Origin: Mobula hypostoma
Taxonomy: Eukaryota
Assembly: GCF_963921235.1 (NCBI RefSeq)
Contig: NC_086107.1
Coordinates: 104,720,001-104,784,000, forward strand
Direction: 5' to 3'
DNA length: 64,000 bases
Within the stretch, counting starts at the first letter, position 1. Every line of letters starts with the position of its first letter. A program made the translations under genes and the position numbers. The notes under the pieces were generated by a model that was given only the letters and a program-made list of their open reading frames with translations, was not told the DNA's origin and did not search any database. This document shows positions 61,060 through 64,000 of this stretch, in pieces.

Positions 61060-61620
61060 TAGGTCCTTTTTGCCAACTTGTCATGAATCCCATGAACTCT
61101 AACCTTTTGAACTAGCTTTCCATGTGAGCTCTGGTCAATGGCTTTACTGAAATCCATGTAAAATATAATAACTGCTGGGCCATCGTCAATACATTTTATC
61201 TTTTTGAAAAAATCAAATTGGTCAGACAGTGTCTTCCCTCCACTCCATCCAAAAAAAATGGTCATACTGAATATCTTTGATGAATCGCTGCCTTTTCAAG
61301 TGTAGAATATTTTTCAGGTAAGTTCCCTGCCACTGATCTCTGACCCAGATCTTTAATTATCCAGATTATTCCTGTTATCCTTCATTTATAAGGGAACTAC
61401 ATTTACTGTTCTGCAGTTTTTCATAACCTCATCTGTGGCGAGTGAAGGTGTAAACATCTCTACAAGGACCAACAATCTCCTCTTTTCCCTCCCTTAGCAG
61501 CTTTGTATCCTTGTTGTCAGGTCTTGGGCTTTTATCCACCTTTAAGCCTTCAATCTGTCAAATATTTATCCAACTCCACTTTAAGTACTTATAATGAGCT
61601 AGTTTCCACCATCCACCAAG
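61060..61620 (-). mobile_element. Old CR1 RT remnant
   Basis: FYMDFSKAIDQSSHGKLVQKVRVHGI. Confidence 0.7.
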
Positions 61621-64000
61621 GCAGAGAATTTTCAGAGATTTGCCACCCTCTTTGAGACAGTTTGGCATGACTTGTCCCATGTTTCTGTTCTTGTTCAGTA
61701 TCCAGTGAATTCTGCTGAATAAAGATATTAACATGTTAGAAAATGGAATAAAATAACTTGGTCAATGAATTGATGGAGCTGGCCTGAGAAGAACAGCCAT
61801 TTGAGCAAAGTATAGAAACAACTGACATCTTGATGAACTGTCCCATGCATCATTTCTAAAGATGAAGGTGGAGAAGGGAAGAAAGTAGAGGAAGTGAATT
61901 AGGGGAATCGTACTGTATGTAGGTTTAAACGTGAGGAGAATCTTGGTGATTCTCATTATTTTTCCTTTCTGCACTTGTATTATTAGCCTAGTGTGGTAAT
62001 TCACTGCTGCTCTTTTGTTTGTGGACTGCTAAGTGAACCGTGTCTCTAGTACACTATGATGTAATCCACAAATATTGATATGCCAGGATAAGAGATTTGT
62101 GATTTAAAGATAAAAGTTCACTTTATATTTCATTTGATTATTAAAGAGCTGCATGCTCAGTTCTTCCATGTGGAAATCTATGTAGTTTTCATAGTTTTCA
62201 GTAATTCTGAATTTGAACTTGATTTACATGATCTTCTGAAGGCAGTGAGTATTCACTTCCTAAATAGGTAATTATAGAGTCAATCTTCAACGCTGTGAAT
62301 AAATATCTGCCATCATTAATTTGTGGCTGTAATGAATTCACTTTGCTGTGGAATAAAATATTTATGTGCCTATTCTATTGAAATTTGGATCAAACGAGCA
62401 TTTATTATTTGGATGAGGGAAAGAAAGATGAATCCAACTTCTGGTAATCATGGTTCAAGGTCTTGTCCGAGTGTGGAATAAGGGTGGATGAAGTGCTGTC
62501 AGAATTAAGTTAAACTTTTAAATTTTTACTTTGAAACTAAATATTTTATCAACGTAGGTTGGTTAATGTTGGATTGCATTTTCTTCGTTATCTTAACAAA
62601 GTCTTTGTATATTTGGTTTGTCTCTTTTTTGCAAGATTTGATCAGGAAATAATATATATGCGATCCAGCACTTAATAAGATTGTGGGGATTTTTGTCATC
62701 TTTCTGTTCAGAGTGAACAGATACCGAACACTTATCTCTTCTGCACAACATTAGAAGTAATTACAGTATTAAATCAGAAGGCACTGGATTACAGTCAGCA
62801 ACGGGCCGGGAGATGATGCTGGCATGAGGCAGCTGTTGTGTAGAGCTCTGATAGTGGTTCATCTGTTATTGGAGAAGTAGAAAATCCCTGGCGTGCAGCC
62901 AACTTGCCGTGCTGGCTAACATATGTCATGCTGCGAGCTAAGATGAAGGCATTTTGATTTTGAATTTGTATATAAATGGTCTGCTATCTAGTGACTTCAT
63001 TGTAACTGTACGGAATGGTAAACACCCAGATAAACTGTCTGCTGGATTTTTCCATTTCTGCAGAGCATCACAAAATATGTATTTGCAAAATGACAGAAAA
63101 CTGGATCAAGCATTTGTTTTTTCAAGATTGAAAAACTAAAATTTGGAAGATGCTGAGTACTTGAACATCAAGTAAGCAAACCATACTTAATCACTGCTCG
63201 GCTTGCATTGTGTTTAGTGTATTGTAGATCAAAGGTGGGGGAGTGCTTTCCTGCAGGCTGGAAGAAAGCTTGGAAGTGAGTGTTGTATCCACCAGTCCCA
63301 GTATCTCTCCTGTGATTACTATAGTCGGTGGTGAAGATAGATATTATGAGAAACTGCTCTGAATAATTATTCAGAGAACAAGGGTAAAATATCAAGCAAA
63401 GGATGGCTGGAATTTTCCAGAAGTGTCATGAACTTACTAGTTATTTAAGATGTATGCTTCATGTGACATGGCAGATTTCAAATTTCATCGAGCTGAGGGT
63501 GTTTCTTGAGAAGATGGTCCCTAGTTTGACAAACAATGTTTGTGAAAATTATAGGAAATTTGAGTTTTAGGTTATTCAAGGGTTAGAGATTTGATTAACA
63601 AAATAAGAGTGTAAGGCATTGGAAGGTGAGGACCAGACTTGCTACTTGCTCCAGAACTATTACTGTAATTATCCAAATGTTTAGCTTGTGCAAGGACAAG
63701 GAGGTCAGTAATTTGGAGTGAGGGAACCTCCAGGTATTGGGAGAGCTCATTGCTATTACTTTTGCTGGTCCATTAAGTGCCACAGGGATGGGGCATTCAA
63801 GTGCTGAAAGGGTGGGGTATAACATGACCTCTGTGGGACTCATCTGATACCGCCTCCAGTTCGCAGTAGATTTCACTTGATTAATAGGTCAGCCACGAGA
63901 GGGAGAATCTAAATATTTATGGAGGACATCTTGCCAATTTGGGTCAAGTATCCTTGCCATCTCTGATTTAAGATTACAGTTAGTCAGATCAAGATGAGAA

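Overview
This is eukaryotic, repeat-rich non-coding DNA, most likely intronic. The CR1/Rex1/Penelope/V-SINE-like repeat set suggests a cartilaginous fish, possibly a ray (inference). I found no intact host gene, rRNA, tRNA gene or CRISPR array; nearly all tracked ORFs are transposon fragments or their antisense frames. The repeats include CR1, Rex1/Babar and RTE LINE remnants, two Penelope-like (GIY-YIG) families, tRNA-derived SINEs, three non-autonomous hAT elements resembling Charlie3/MER1, a palindromic hAT MITE, and Tigger, Tc1 and mariner derivatives, often nested with clear target-site duplications (TSDs). The main observation is a set of minimal hammerhead ribozyme motifs (CTGANGA...GAAAC-GTC) in the Penelope termini. 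These occur in a ~1.3-kb inverted repeat, a ~250-bp double-ribozyme palindrome and a ~95-bp ribozyme-only insertion with its own TSD. Other notable points are locally templated filler DNA at retroelement 5' junctions, a shared insertion site in the Charlie copies, a perfect 48-bp-arm palindrome, a multi-TIR mariner palindrome and a few candidate + strand micro-exons of an unidentified gene. Family names come from motif recognition, not database searches, and the boundaries of old repeats are approximate.
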